NCBI GenBank assembly: GCA_036261425.1 | Contig: DATAKU010000084.1 | Coordinates: 1 to 34,053, forward strand | Length of the DNA: 34,053 nucleotides | Direction: 5' to 3' | DNA from: Candidatus Limnocylindria bacterium | GTDB lineage: Bacteria; Chloroflexota; Limnocylindria; QHBO01 | In this document: positions 25,003 through 32,498 of the stretch, in pieces | Numbering within the stretch: position 1 is the stretch's first letter | Layout of the letters: each line of letters starts with the position of its first letter | The notes under the pieces: model-generated | What the model saw: only the letters and a program-made list of their open reading frames with translations | Told to the model about the DNA's origin: nothing | Database searches by the model: none | Program-made: the position numbers and the translations under genes

Positions 25003-25917
25003 TCACGCCTCGTCTCCTTCCTCGGTCTCGAGATCGTCGTCGAGACTCCTGCCAGTGAATGTCATGAACACGTTCTCGAGCGTCGGCTCCTTGCCGTAGT
25101 CGCGGGCCACCAGGCTCTTCAGCTCGTCCGGCGTTCCCTCGGCCACCACGCGCCCGTCGTTGATGAGCGCGATCCGGTCACAGAGCCGCTCCGCCTCGGC
25201 CAGGTCGTGCGTGGTCAGCACGATCGTTGCGTCGTGCGTGTCACGCACCTCCTCGACGAAGGTCTGGACGTCGAGCTTCGAGCGCGGGTCCAGGCCGGTC
25301 GTCGGCTCGTCGAGCAGGAGGACCGTCGGGCTCGTCAGCAGGGCTCGCGCGATCGCGACCTTCTGCTGCATGCCCCGGCTCATCTGCTCGAGCGGCCGGT
25401 CCAGCCGCTTCTCGCCGATGCCCAGGCGAGCGAGGATGGCGATGACCTGCGTCCGGGCCTTCTTGGCGTCCATCCCGTAGAGCCGTGCCGCGTACGACAG
25501 GTTCTCGTGGGGTGACAGCTTCTTGAAGAACGCCGCGTCCACGCTCACCCGGTTGATGAGCCGCTTGACCGCCATCTCGTCGCGCGCGATGTCGTGGCCA
25601 AGGACCTCGACCCGCCCGGTGTCGAGGGTCAGCAGCGTGCTGACCAGCCGGATGAGCGTGCTCTTGCCTGAGCCGTTCGCGCCGAGGACGCCGTAGATCT
25701 CCCCGCGGCGGATCGACATGCTCACGTCCTCCACGGCGGTGACCGGCTTCTTGCTGCGACCGACCACGAACCGCTTGGTGGCATGCTCGATCAGCAGCGC
25801 CGGCTGCTCCCCGGCCGGCGGCGGACCGACCCGGCGAACGGGCGCAACGGCCGGAGCGGCCGGCATTGCCGCCGTGCGGGTCGCTGCCGTCTTCGGTTCC
25901 TTCGCTACCTGGACCAT
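25003..25917 (-). CDS. ABC transporter ATP-binding protein (DrrA/ABC-2 type)
   Basis: Intact Walker A GANGSGKST, Q-loop, signature MSRGMQQKV, Walker B VLLLDEPTTGLD and H-loop LTTHDL. Has a ~40-aa Ala/Pro-rich N-terminal extension. Confidence 0.9.
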   Translation of the reverse strand: MVQVAKEPKTAATRTAAMPAAPAVAPVRRVGPPPAGEQPALLIEHATKRFVVGRSKKPVTAVEDVSMSIRRGEIYGVLGANGSGKSTLIRLVSTLLTLDTGRVEVLGHDIARDEMAVKRLINRVSVDAAFFKKLSPHENLSYAARLYGMDAKKARTQVIAILARLGIGEKRLDRPLEQMSRGMQQKVAIARALLTSPTVLLLDEPTTGLDPRSKLDVQTFVEEVRDTHDATIVLTTHDLAEAERLCDRIALINDGRVVAEGTPDELKSLVARDYGKEPTLENVFMTFTGRSLDDDLETEEGDEA

Positions 25918-26007
25918 CGTTCCTGCATCCCGCTGCTTGCTCTAGGGACCGGACACCAGAAGAGCCGCGGTCCGGTGATATCGGTCCGCGGCCCTGTGCC
26001 CGTGGGC

Positions 26008-26040
26008 AAGAAAAAACCGTGGACCCGATCTGGCCCACGG
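26008..26040 (-). terminator. Rho-independent terminator inside the leader of the ABC/GNAT/APH operon
   Basis: Minus strand reads CCGUGGGCC-AGAUCG-GGUCCACGG, a 9-bp stem with one G-U pair and a 6-nt loop. It is followed directly by UUUUUUCUU. A run of six T is very unusual in this GC-rich window. Confidence 0.65.
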
Positions 26041-26077
26041 CTCGTGGTGTCTGCTGGGCGGCCTTGCCGCCCGGGCT

Positions 26078-26164
26078 TCACCTCGACCAGGGCACAGATC
26101 TCCCGTCGACTCCGCCGCCGATAGGCGCGAGCCGGTGCGCTGAGGCACGCATGAGGAGATTCAT
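26078..26164 (-). CDS. Candidate 28-aa leader peptide (MNLLMRASAHRLAPIGGGVDGRSVPWSR)
   Basis: ATG 26164 lies downstream of AAGGAG (26183-26178), but the spacing is a long 13 nt. An in-frame CTG at 26173 is 4 nt from the SD. The stop at 26078 is ~40 nt before the terminator stem. Weak call. Confidence 0.25.
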   Translation of the reverse strand: MNLLMRASAHRLAPIGGGVDGRSVPWSR

Positions 26165-26249
26165 TGCCGTCAGATCGCTCCTTGCTTTCAATGGGTTGTC
26201 GCCGGGCTCCACCCGCGCAGCCGAAACCGCCGTCGAGTGGTGCCGGCGG

Positions 26250-26279
26250 AGTCTACGCCCGACGTCCGACCGGTGTCAA
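26250..26279 (-). promoter_or_regulatory. Sigma-70-like promoter driving the leader / small RNA
   Basis: Minus strand reads TTGACA (26279-26274), an 18-nt spacer, then TAGACT (26255-26250). The predicted start near 26243 gives a ~235-nt transcript to the terminator, or a ~326-nt leader to ATG 25917. Confidence 0.5.
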
Positions 26280-26404
26280 CGAAACTACGTCGTTTGTCGC
26301 ATCGGTCCCGTGCCGGCCGGCGGTCGCGGAAGGGTCATTCGGCCCTGCGGCACCGACGACCGGATCGGTAAGGTGGTGCCACCCGAGCCTGGAGAATTCC
26401 GTAC

Positions 26405-27373
26405 ATGCAGGCGAATCGCGGCCTCGTCTTCTGGGGCGTCGCCCTCATCACCGCGGGCGCCGTCGCGCTCGCCATCCAGTCAGGCGTCATTTCGGGCGAG
26501 GTGGCCCGCGACGTCTGGCGCTTCTGGCCGATCGTGCTCGTCATCATCGGCCTGGCCATCATCGCGGCGCGTACCCCGTTCGCGCTGGTCGTCACCCTGC
26601 TGGCCGGCCTGGTGGTCGGCGGCCTGGGCGGCTCGCTCGTCGCGGGCTGGCCGGACGGCATCAGCATCGGCTGCGGCGGCGAGCCGACCGAGCGACTGGC
26701 CGACCAGGGCAGCTTCGCCGGTGGCGGCGCCGAGGTGGAGCTCGACTTCAACTGCGGTGAGCTGGCCGTGTCGACGGCGGCCGGGAGCGACTGGTCGCTC
26801 GATGCGCGCCACGGGTCAGGCGATGCGCCGGAGGTCCGTTCCTCCGATGACGCCCTCCGCGTCATCCACCATGGCGGCAGCGGTGCCTTCTTCAGCGCCG
26901 CCGAGGCCCGCGAGGAGTGGGACGTCACGCTGCCGGCCGATACCGAGCTGGACCTTGCCATCGACGCCAACGCGGCCTCCAGTGAGCTGGACCTGACGGA
27001 TGCGGCCTTCTCGGCCCTCGGGGTCGACGCGAACGCAGGCGAGGTCCACCTGGCGCTCGACGGCTCGTCGGTCGACGACTTCTCGATCAGCACCAATGCG
27101 GGGTCGGTCTCGATGACCGTCGACACCGAGACCGAGCTGTCCGGGTCGATCGGCATGAACGCCGGCTCCTTCGAGCTGTGCGTGCCCGATGGCGTCGCCA
27201 TCGAGATCACCGTGGAGGACGCGAACATCACGTTCAGCCACGACCTCGACGAGAGCGGCCTGTCGCAGTCCGGAGACACCTGGCGCAGCGAAGACGGCGC
27301 GGCCGACGTGCGGCTCAGCCTGGAGGGCAACGCCGCCAGCTTCAGCTACAACCCCGACGGAGGATGCTCATGA
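26405..27373 (+). CDS. LiaF-like / DUF4097 toastrack membrane protein
   Basis: N-terminal 3 TM (FWGVALITAGAVALAI, FWPIVLVIIGLAIIAA, LVVTLLAGLVVGGLGG). The C-terminal domain has repeated short strands of the toastrack type: IDANAASSELDL, VDANAGEVHLAL, ISTNAGSVSMTV, IGMNAGSFELCV. GGAGA lies 9 nt before the ATG. Confidence 0.7.
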   Translation: MQANRGLVFWGVALITAGAVALAIQSGVISGEVARDVWRFWPIVLVIIGLAIIAARTPFALVVTLLAGLVVGGLGGSLVAGWPDGISIGCGGEPTERLADQGSFAGGGAEVELDFNCGELAVSTAAGSDWSLDARHGSGDAPEVRSSDDALRVIHHGGSGAFFSAAEAREEWDVTLPADTELDLAIDANAASSELDLTDAAFSALGVDANAGEVHLALDGSSVDDFSISTNAGSVSMTVDTETELSGSIGMNAGSFELCVPDGVAIEITVEDANITFSHDLDESGLSQSGDTWRSEDGAADVRLSLEGNAASFSYNPDGGCS

Positions 27374-27861
27374 ACCGCCGCCTCTATCGCTCCCGCACCG
27401 ATCGCGTGCTGGGGGGCGTGGCCGCTGGCGTGGCCGACTACGTGAACGCCGATCCGGCGCTGGTCCGCATCGCATGGGCGATCCTCGTGCCGCTCACCAG
27501 CGGCCTGGCGCTGCTCGTCTACATCGTCGCCTGGATCGCGGTGCCGGAGGCCCCGGTCGACGCCCCGATGGTGCAGCCCCTCGTCGGCGACGCGACCGGC
27601 ACCGAGGGCCTCGACGCGGGCGCGGAGCGCGGGGCCGCGGAGCCCGGGTCGGCATGGACGCCGCCGGCGCCGGTGGAGCGCCGCGACGGCAACGCCGGCC
27701 TGATCATCGGCGCGGGCCTGGTCATCCTCGGGCTGTGGTTCCTGCTGCGCGAGTACCTGCCGGGCATCGACTGGGGTCTGATCTGGCCGCTGTTCATCGT
27801 GGGTGTCGGCGTGGTCATCCTCGTCAACGCGACGCGCAACCGCAGCGGGCCGGCGGCCTAG
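27370..27861 (+). CDS. PspC-domain membrane protein
   Basis: MNRRLYRSRTDRVLGGVAAGVADYVNADPALVRIAWAILVPLTSGLALLVYIVAWIAVPE is the PspC domain. C-terminal LiaI/LiaF-like double TM. The ATG overlaps the upstream stop (ATGA). Confidence 0.85.
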   Translation: MNRRLYRSRTDRVLGGVAAGVADYVNADPALVRIAWAILVPLTSGLALLVYIVAWIAVPEAPVDAPMVQPLVGDATGTEGLDAGAERGAAEPGSAWTPPAPVERRDGNAGLIIGAGLVILGLWFLLREYLPGIDWGLIWPLFIVGVGVVILVNATRNRSGPAA

Positions 27862-30800
27862 CCGCCCTCGGGCATCGGATCCGGGGCGGGCGGCGCGGCG
27901 GCCGCCTGTCGTCGCTCCCACCAGTCGCGTCCGGCGAGCGCGAAGAGCATCGCCCCGGCCGCCACGGCCGCCCCGGCGGCGAGCTTGAGCCCGCTCAGGG
28001 TGAGCAGCTCGGCGCGCTCGCCCTGCGGCGGATCGGGGAACTGGAAGCCGAAGTTCCAGGGCGGTAGCGCGCGCGCGGCGTTGACGTACCAGTCCGGCAT
28101 GGCCAGCGCCGAGTTCAGCGGGAAGATCAGGATGCCGGCCACCACCACCAGCGCGAGGTAGCCGATGGCGATGTCGCGCCACGCCGGCCGGCGCAGGAGC
28201 TCGTCGACGACGTAGGCCACGGCAACCATGGCGAAGATGACCGCCGTGAGGTAGTGGTACGCGAACGTCGCGCGTTCGATGCGGATCCACGGCACGTACT
28301 GGAAGGCGAAGGCCGCGACCAGGAGCACGAGCGCCGGCGAGCGGCGCTTCCAGGCCAGCACGCCGATGGTGACCACGGCCGGGATGCCGGCCCAGAACAG
28401 GAGCGGGTTGCCGCCGTTGTAGATGACCGCGATCTGGTCGGCGTCGTACGCGGTGCCGCCGAAGAACCAGGTCGGCTTGAGGGCCAGCGGCCAGCTCCAC
28501 CACGGCGAGGCGCTGTCGTGGCCCGCGGTCAGGTTGAAGTGGTAGCCGAACATCTGGGCGTGGAGCTCGTCGAGCGACCATCCGTACCCCGGACCGCCGC
28601 CGACCGCCCACTCGTGGCCCAGCTGCAGGTAGGGCAGGTAGCTCAGGCCGTAGACGACGAGCGGCACGACGAGCAGGCTGGCGCCGACCCAGGCCCACGC
28701 GAAGCCGCCCATCTCGCCGGGCCGGAACCAGCGCGCATCGGATGACGGGTCGCGGACCGACGCCCAGGCGCGCCAGGCCAGCAGGATGGCCGCCACGCCG
28801 ACCATCAGCCACGCCGGCCAGCCGGCCTGGACGCCCCGAGCCAGGAGGCCGAACAGGTACTCGACCGCGCTGCCCGGGGTCCGACCCTCGACGCTGCCGA
28901 AGCCGAGGACGAAGGCCAGCGTCACGCCACTCACCACGACGGCCGTGGCCGACAGCGCCACCAGCGCCTCGCGCCAGGGCATGCGGATCGGCCGCGCCCA
29001 GGCGATGACCAGGGCCAGGGCCAGGACGCCGAGCATCGTGACCAGGAACGGCCACGGCGCGCCGATGCCGCCCACGACGGCGGACAGTGCCGCCAGGCCG
29101 ACCAGGACCAGGCGCCCGAGCGACGAGCGCGCCAGCACCAGCACCAGCAGCCCGAAGAGCGCGTAGAAGCCGACCCACTTGGTGGCGGCCGCCAGGCCGA
29201 TGAGGACGCCGACGAGCGGCAGCACCCACCACGCGCTCCGGCTCCAACGCCCCGACCAGACCTGCCAGAAGAGCAGGTAGGCGGCCACGATGAAGACCGC
29301 GACGAAGATGTCGTTCATCGCGATCCGGCTCATCACGTAGCTCATGCCGTCGACCGCCACGAAGGCCGCCGCCAGCAGGGCGATGCCCCGGCGGCTGAAC
29401 ATCGTGGCCGCCAGCAGGTAGACGAGGCCGACGAGGATGGCCCCGAAGACCACGCCCGCCAGCCGCCAGGCGAAGGCGGTGCTGCCGGCATCGATGTGGA
29501 CGAGCGTGCCGTCAGCGGTCGCAACGAGGAGCCGGCCGTGGTCGTCCGCCTGGCCCGTGGTGGCGATGTCGAAGGCCATGGCCACCGGCGTGCCGGGCAG
29601 GTCCGTGGCGTCGAAGGTGGCCATGCCGATCGTCCCGTCGCCGCGGCGCTCGACGTGCGGCTCCACCACCCAGACCTGCGCGTCGCCCTCCGGCGTCGTG
29701 CCGGCGACGTAGACGAGGTTCGCGAGCCGCTGGTCGGCGATGAGCGTCGGCGCTCCGGGAAGCGGCACCAGCCCGACCAGACGCTCCTCGTCGGCGTCCA
29801 CGGCCGCGATCCCACCCCGTGTGGCGGGATGCTCCTCGGTGGCCGGCAGCGGGCCGGTGAGGGCCAGGAGCTGCTGATCGTCGCCGCCGCCCCGGACCAG
29901 GATCGGTCCGACCAGCGCCGCCCCGATCTCGAGCGTGCCGTCCTCGAGAGGCTGGAGCGTGGCAGCGTCGAGGAAGGCGATGCTGCCCCGCTCGACGTCG
30001 CTGACCGCGACGCGGTCCGGGTCGTCCTCGGCCCCGCGCACCAGGCCGATGCCCCCGTAGGTGCCGGATGCGCGCGCGGTCACCTCGTCGCTGGCCGGGT
30101 CCACGGTGGCGACGCCGTCCGGGCCGCGGAGCAGGATGGGCGAGCCGCTGGAAGTGAGAACCACGACCTGGTTGACGGCAGCCAGGTCCACCTCGATCGG
30201 CGGCCCGGACGGCGGGGCGCGGCCGTCGGGCGAGGCCAGCAGGCCGGCCAGCTCGTACGTCTCCACGGTCCCGGCGTCGGCGCGGCCGACGAGGAGCCGC
30301 GGCGCCTCCGGATCGTAGGCCAGGGCCGCGACCGGTCCGCCCGCCTGCCAGCGGGCGAGCTCATCGCCGGACTCCGCGTCGGTGGCGACGACCGTCGAGG
30401 TGCCGGACAGCGTGAAGGCGACGGACCGGTCGCGCCCGAACGCCGCGCGGGCCGGCGCGACGGCGAGCGTCGGCGAGGGCTCGTCCAGCTCATCGCTGTC
30501 GATGACCCGGTTCGGATCGGCGAGGACGATGCCGCCGGCGATCAGGTACTTCGCCAGCATCGGGTGGGTCCACTCGTAGACGTCGCGGTCCCAGCCGTGC
30601 TGCCAGTTGGCCAGCCACTCGGCCGCCGAACGGGCGTGGTAGACCTCGTCGAAGTGGTGGCCGCGCGGCACGTCGAGCCGCCACAGGCGGAAGACCAGGG
30701 CGAACAGGACCAGGGCCAGGAGGAGCCACGCGTCGCGTCGGTCGAGGCGCCGTCCCGGCTCGCGCAGGTACGCGTCCGCCGGGTTCGGGGCGAGCCACCG

Positions 30801-32498
30801 CGGCCCGCGCCCGTCGCCTGAGGCGGCCGGGTCGACCCGGGTGGCGCCCCAGTCGGCCGGAGCCGGGGCGCGCGGGGCGATGGGGGCCGGTGCCCCGACG
30901 ACTGGTTCCGGCTCGCTGGCCGAAGGCGGGGTCGGCACGGGCTCCGACGCGTGGCTGGCCGCCAGGCGCAGGGCGTGCCAGACGACCGCGCCGAGGAGCA
31001 CCACGCTGAGGAACGAGAGCGCCCAGATCCCCGCGTCGGTCAACAGGGTGGCGCTCAGCAGGCCGTCCTGCTCCATCGGCGCGCCGCCCAGTCCCGGGTT
31101 CATGACGCGCGGGCCGGCGAAGGACCAGTCCTCGGTGTAGACCCAGTACACGTTGGCGAAGAAGCTCAGCGACAGTCCGCCGTAGATCCACGGCCACGAG
31201 CGACCGGCGAACAGGAGCGGCGCCGCCAGTGCCAGGGCCGGGAAGAGGTAGCGCTCGTGCACGCGGGTGGGGAGCACGAAGAAGGCGACCGCCAGCAGGA
31301 GCGCGGCGAGCAGCACCCCGCGCACGTCGTCGCGCCGCGCGACGACCACCAGGGCGATGATCGCGGCCGCGGCGAAGAGCACGGTGCCGACGTGCTGCCA
31401 CGTCAGGCCGATGCCGCCGAGGGTGATGGCCGCGACCGTGTCGTCGCCCCAGTGCAGCGTGTCGCCCAGTCCGCTCCACGGGTTGCGCCACAGGTTGAAC
31501 GCGTTGATGCTCAGGCCGGTGTACGTGCCGGCTGCCTCGGCCAGCTTGCCGATCAGGCTCGTCGTCGGGTCCGCCTCGGGGAACAGGCCCAGCAGGCCCC
31601 GCGGGTCGCCCCCCGCCCGCGGCGCGTAGATCGTCATGCCGAACGGCAGCATCATCGCCACGAGCGGCACCACGCCGGCGGCCAGCGAGGTCAGGACGCG
31701 CAGGAGGTCCGGCCGATCGCGGTGCAGCGGGTCCGCGGATCGAGCGAACAGGTGGCGCTTCAGCCCGACGATCGCCACGATCGGGATCAGGAACGCGAAC
31801 TGGAACTTCACCAGCAGCGCGAGCACCGCGCCGAACGCCGCCGCCTCGGTCCACCCGCGCGCGAGGGCGTAGATCGTCGCCAGCAGCACCAGCGTGCCGA
31901 CCGAGTCGATCTGGCCCCATACCGCCGAGTCGAAGATGACGCCGGGATTGAACAGGTAGGCCGTGGCGGCCACCAGGCCCAGCGCCTGCGGCGCCACGCC
32001 GAGGCGCGCGCGGTCCGCCAGCTGGCTTCCCCATCGGCGACAGGTGGCGAACAGCAGCCAGGCCACACCGATGTCGGCCAGGATGCCCGGGATCTTCACC
32101 AGCCCGCCGGTGGCGTCCTGCCCGACCAGCGGCGTCAGCGCCCCGCCGATCCCGCCGAGCAGCCAGAGCACGTAGAGGTACCCCGGCGGGTAATCGCTGA
32201 AGTAGCCCTCTTCGTAGAATGCGGCTGGCCCGACGCTTGCTAGGCGCTGGCCCCAGGCGGTGAAGTCGCCGATGTCGATGGCGAATCCGCTGAGCGGCAT
32301 GTAGACGCCGGCGATCAGGACGCGCAGGACCAGGCCGAGGACGAGGACCGTGGTGAGGATGGTGCCGGCGTCGAGCCGCCTGATCGTGTCCACAATCCCC
32401 ACGCCCCGTCGGCCGACGGGGTCGCGGGTCATCAGGTGCGGCGCCCCCGTGGAGCGCGCCGTGTCGTGTCGCACGCCAAGGTGGCGGTGAGTATACAT
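27858..32498 (-). CDS. 1546-aa fusion of two GT-C glycosyltransferase modules (DYPP-type module + PMT/GT39-like module carrying a ~345-aa beta-rich insertion)
   Basis: ATG 32498 lies 4 nt after GGAGG. Upstream codons of track ORF 27858-34016 are antisense to a real plus-strand gene. Module 1 (aa ~40-515) is multi-TM with YFSDYPPGYLYVLW and RVHERYLFP. A Pro/Ala linker spans aa 516-585. Module 2 has HHFDEVYHARSAAEW, YEWTHPMLAKYLI, FAWRLAGVVFG and a C-terminal ATFAYHYLTAV. Confidence 0.75.
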   Translation of the reverse strand: MYTHRHLGVRHDTARSTGAPHLMTRDPVGRRGVGIVDTIRRLDAGTILTTVLVLGLVLRVLIAGVYMPLSGFAIDIGDFTAWGQRLASVGPAAFYEEGYFSDYPPGYLYVLWLLGGIGGALTPLVGQDATGGLVKIPGILADIGVAWLLFATCRRWGSQLADRARLGVAPQALGLVAATAYLFNPGVIFDSAVWGQIDSVGTLVLLATIYALARGWTEAAAFGAVLALLVKFQFAFLIPIVAIVGLKRHLFARSADPLHRDRPDLLRVLTSLAAGVVPLVAMMLPFGMTIYAPRAGGDPRGLLGLFPEADPTTSLIGKLAEAAGTYTGLSINAFNLWRNPWSGLGDTLHWGDDTVAAITLGGIGLTWQHVGTVLFAAAAIIALVVVARRDDVRGVLLAALLLAVAFFVLPTRVHERYLFPALALAAPLLFAGRSWPWIYGGLSLSFFANVYWVYTEDWSFAGPRVMNPGLGGAPMEQDGLLSATLLTDAGIWALSFLSVVLLGAVVWHALRLAASHASEPVPTPPSASEPEPVVGAPAPIAPRAPAPADWGATRVDPAASGDGRGPRWLAPNPADAYLREPGRRLDRRDAWLLLALVLFALVFRLWRLDVPRGHHFDEVYHARSAAEWLANWQHGWDRDVYEWTHPMLAKYLIAGGIVLADPNRVIDSDELDEPSPTLAVAPARAAFGRDRSVAFTLSGTSTVVATDAESGDELARWQAGGPVAALAYDPEAPRLLVGRADAGTVETYELAGLLASPDGRAPPSGPPIEVDLAAVNQVVVLTSSGSPILLRGPDGVATVDPASDEVTARASGTYGGIGLVRGAEDDPDRVAVSDVERGSIAFLDAATLQPLEDGTLEIGAALVGPILVRGGGDDQQLLALTGPLPATEEHPATRGGIAAVDADEERLVGLVPLPGAPTLIADQRLANLVYVAGTTPEGDAQVWVVEPHVERRGDGTIGMATFDATDLPGTPVAMAFDIATTGQADDHGRLLVATADGTLVHIDAGSTAFAWRLAGVVFGAILVGLVYLLAATMFSRRGIALLAAAFVAVDGMSYVMSRIAMNDIFVAVFIVAAYLLFWQVWSGRWSRSAWWVLPLVGVLIGLAAATKWVGFYALFGLLVLVLARSSLGRLVLVGLAALSAVVGGIGAPWPFLVTMLGVLALALVIAWARPIRMPWREALVALSATAVVVSGVTLAFVLGFGSVEGRTPGSAVEYLFGLLARGVQAGWPAWLMVGVAAILLAWRAWASVRDPSSDARWFRPGEMGGFAWAWVGASLLVVPLVVYGLSYLPYLQLGHEWAVGGGPGYGWSLDELHAQMFGYHFNLTAGHDSASPWWSWPLALKPTWFFGGTAYDADQIAVIYNGGNPLLFWAGIPAVVTIGVLAWKRRSPALVLLVAAFAFQYVPWIRIERATFAYHYLTAVIFAMVAVAYVVDELLRRPAWRDIAIGYLALVVVAGILIFPLNSALAMPDWYVNAARALPPWNFGFQFPDPPQGERAELLTLSGLKLAAGAAVAAGAMLFALAGRDWWERRQAAAAPPAPDPMPEGG

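Noticed and set aside
25942-26148. 68-aa minus-strand ORF (MPQRTGSRLSAAEST...) in the leader region.
   Set aside because: It reads straight through the terminator hairpin, the U-tract and the downstream palindrome. It has no SD and an Arg/Pro/Gly-biased composition. The region is better explained as structured RNA.
26010-26243. Possible identity of the leader RNA as a known class: guanidine-I/ykkC, c-di-AMP ydaO, TPP, cobalamin, SRP RNA or 6S RNA.
   Set aside because: I saw only loose resemblances, for example GGUCGAG...AAGCCCGGGCGG versus the ykkC GGUCCGAGAG and AAGCCCGGGAGA boxes, and they occur in the wrong arrangement. None of the other families' conserved cores is present. I cannot assign a class without a covariance-model scan.
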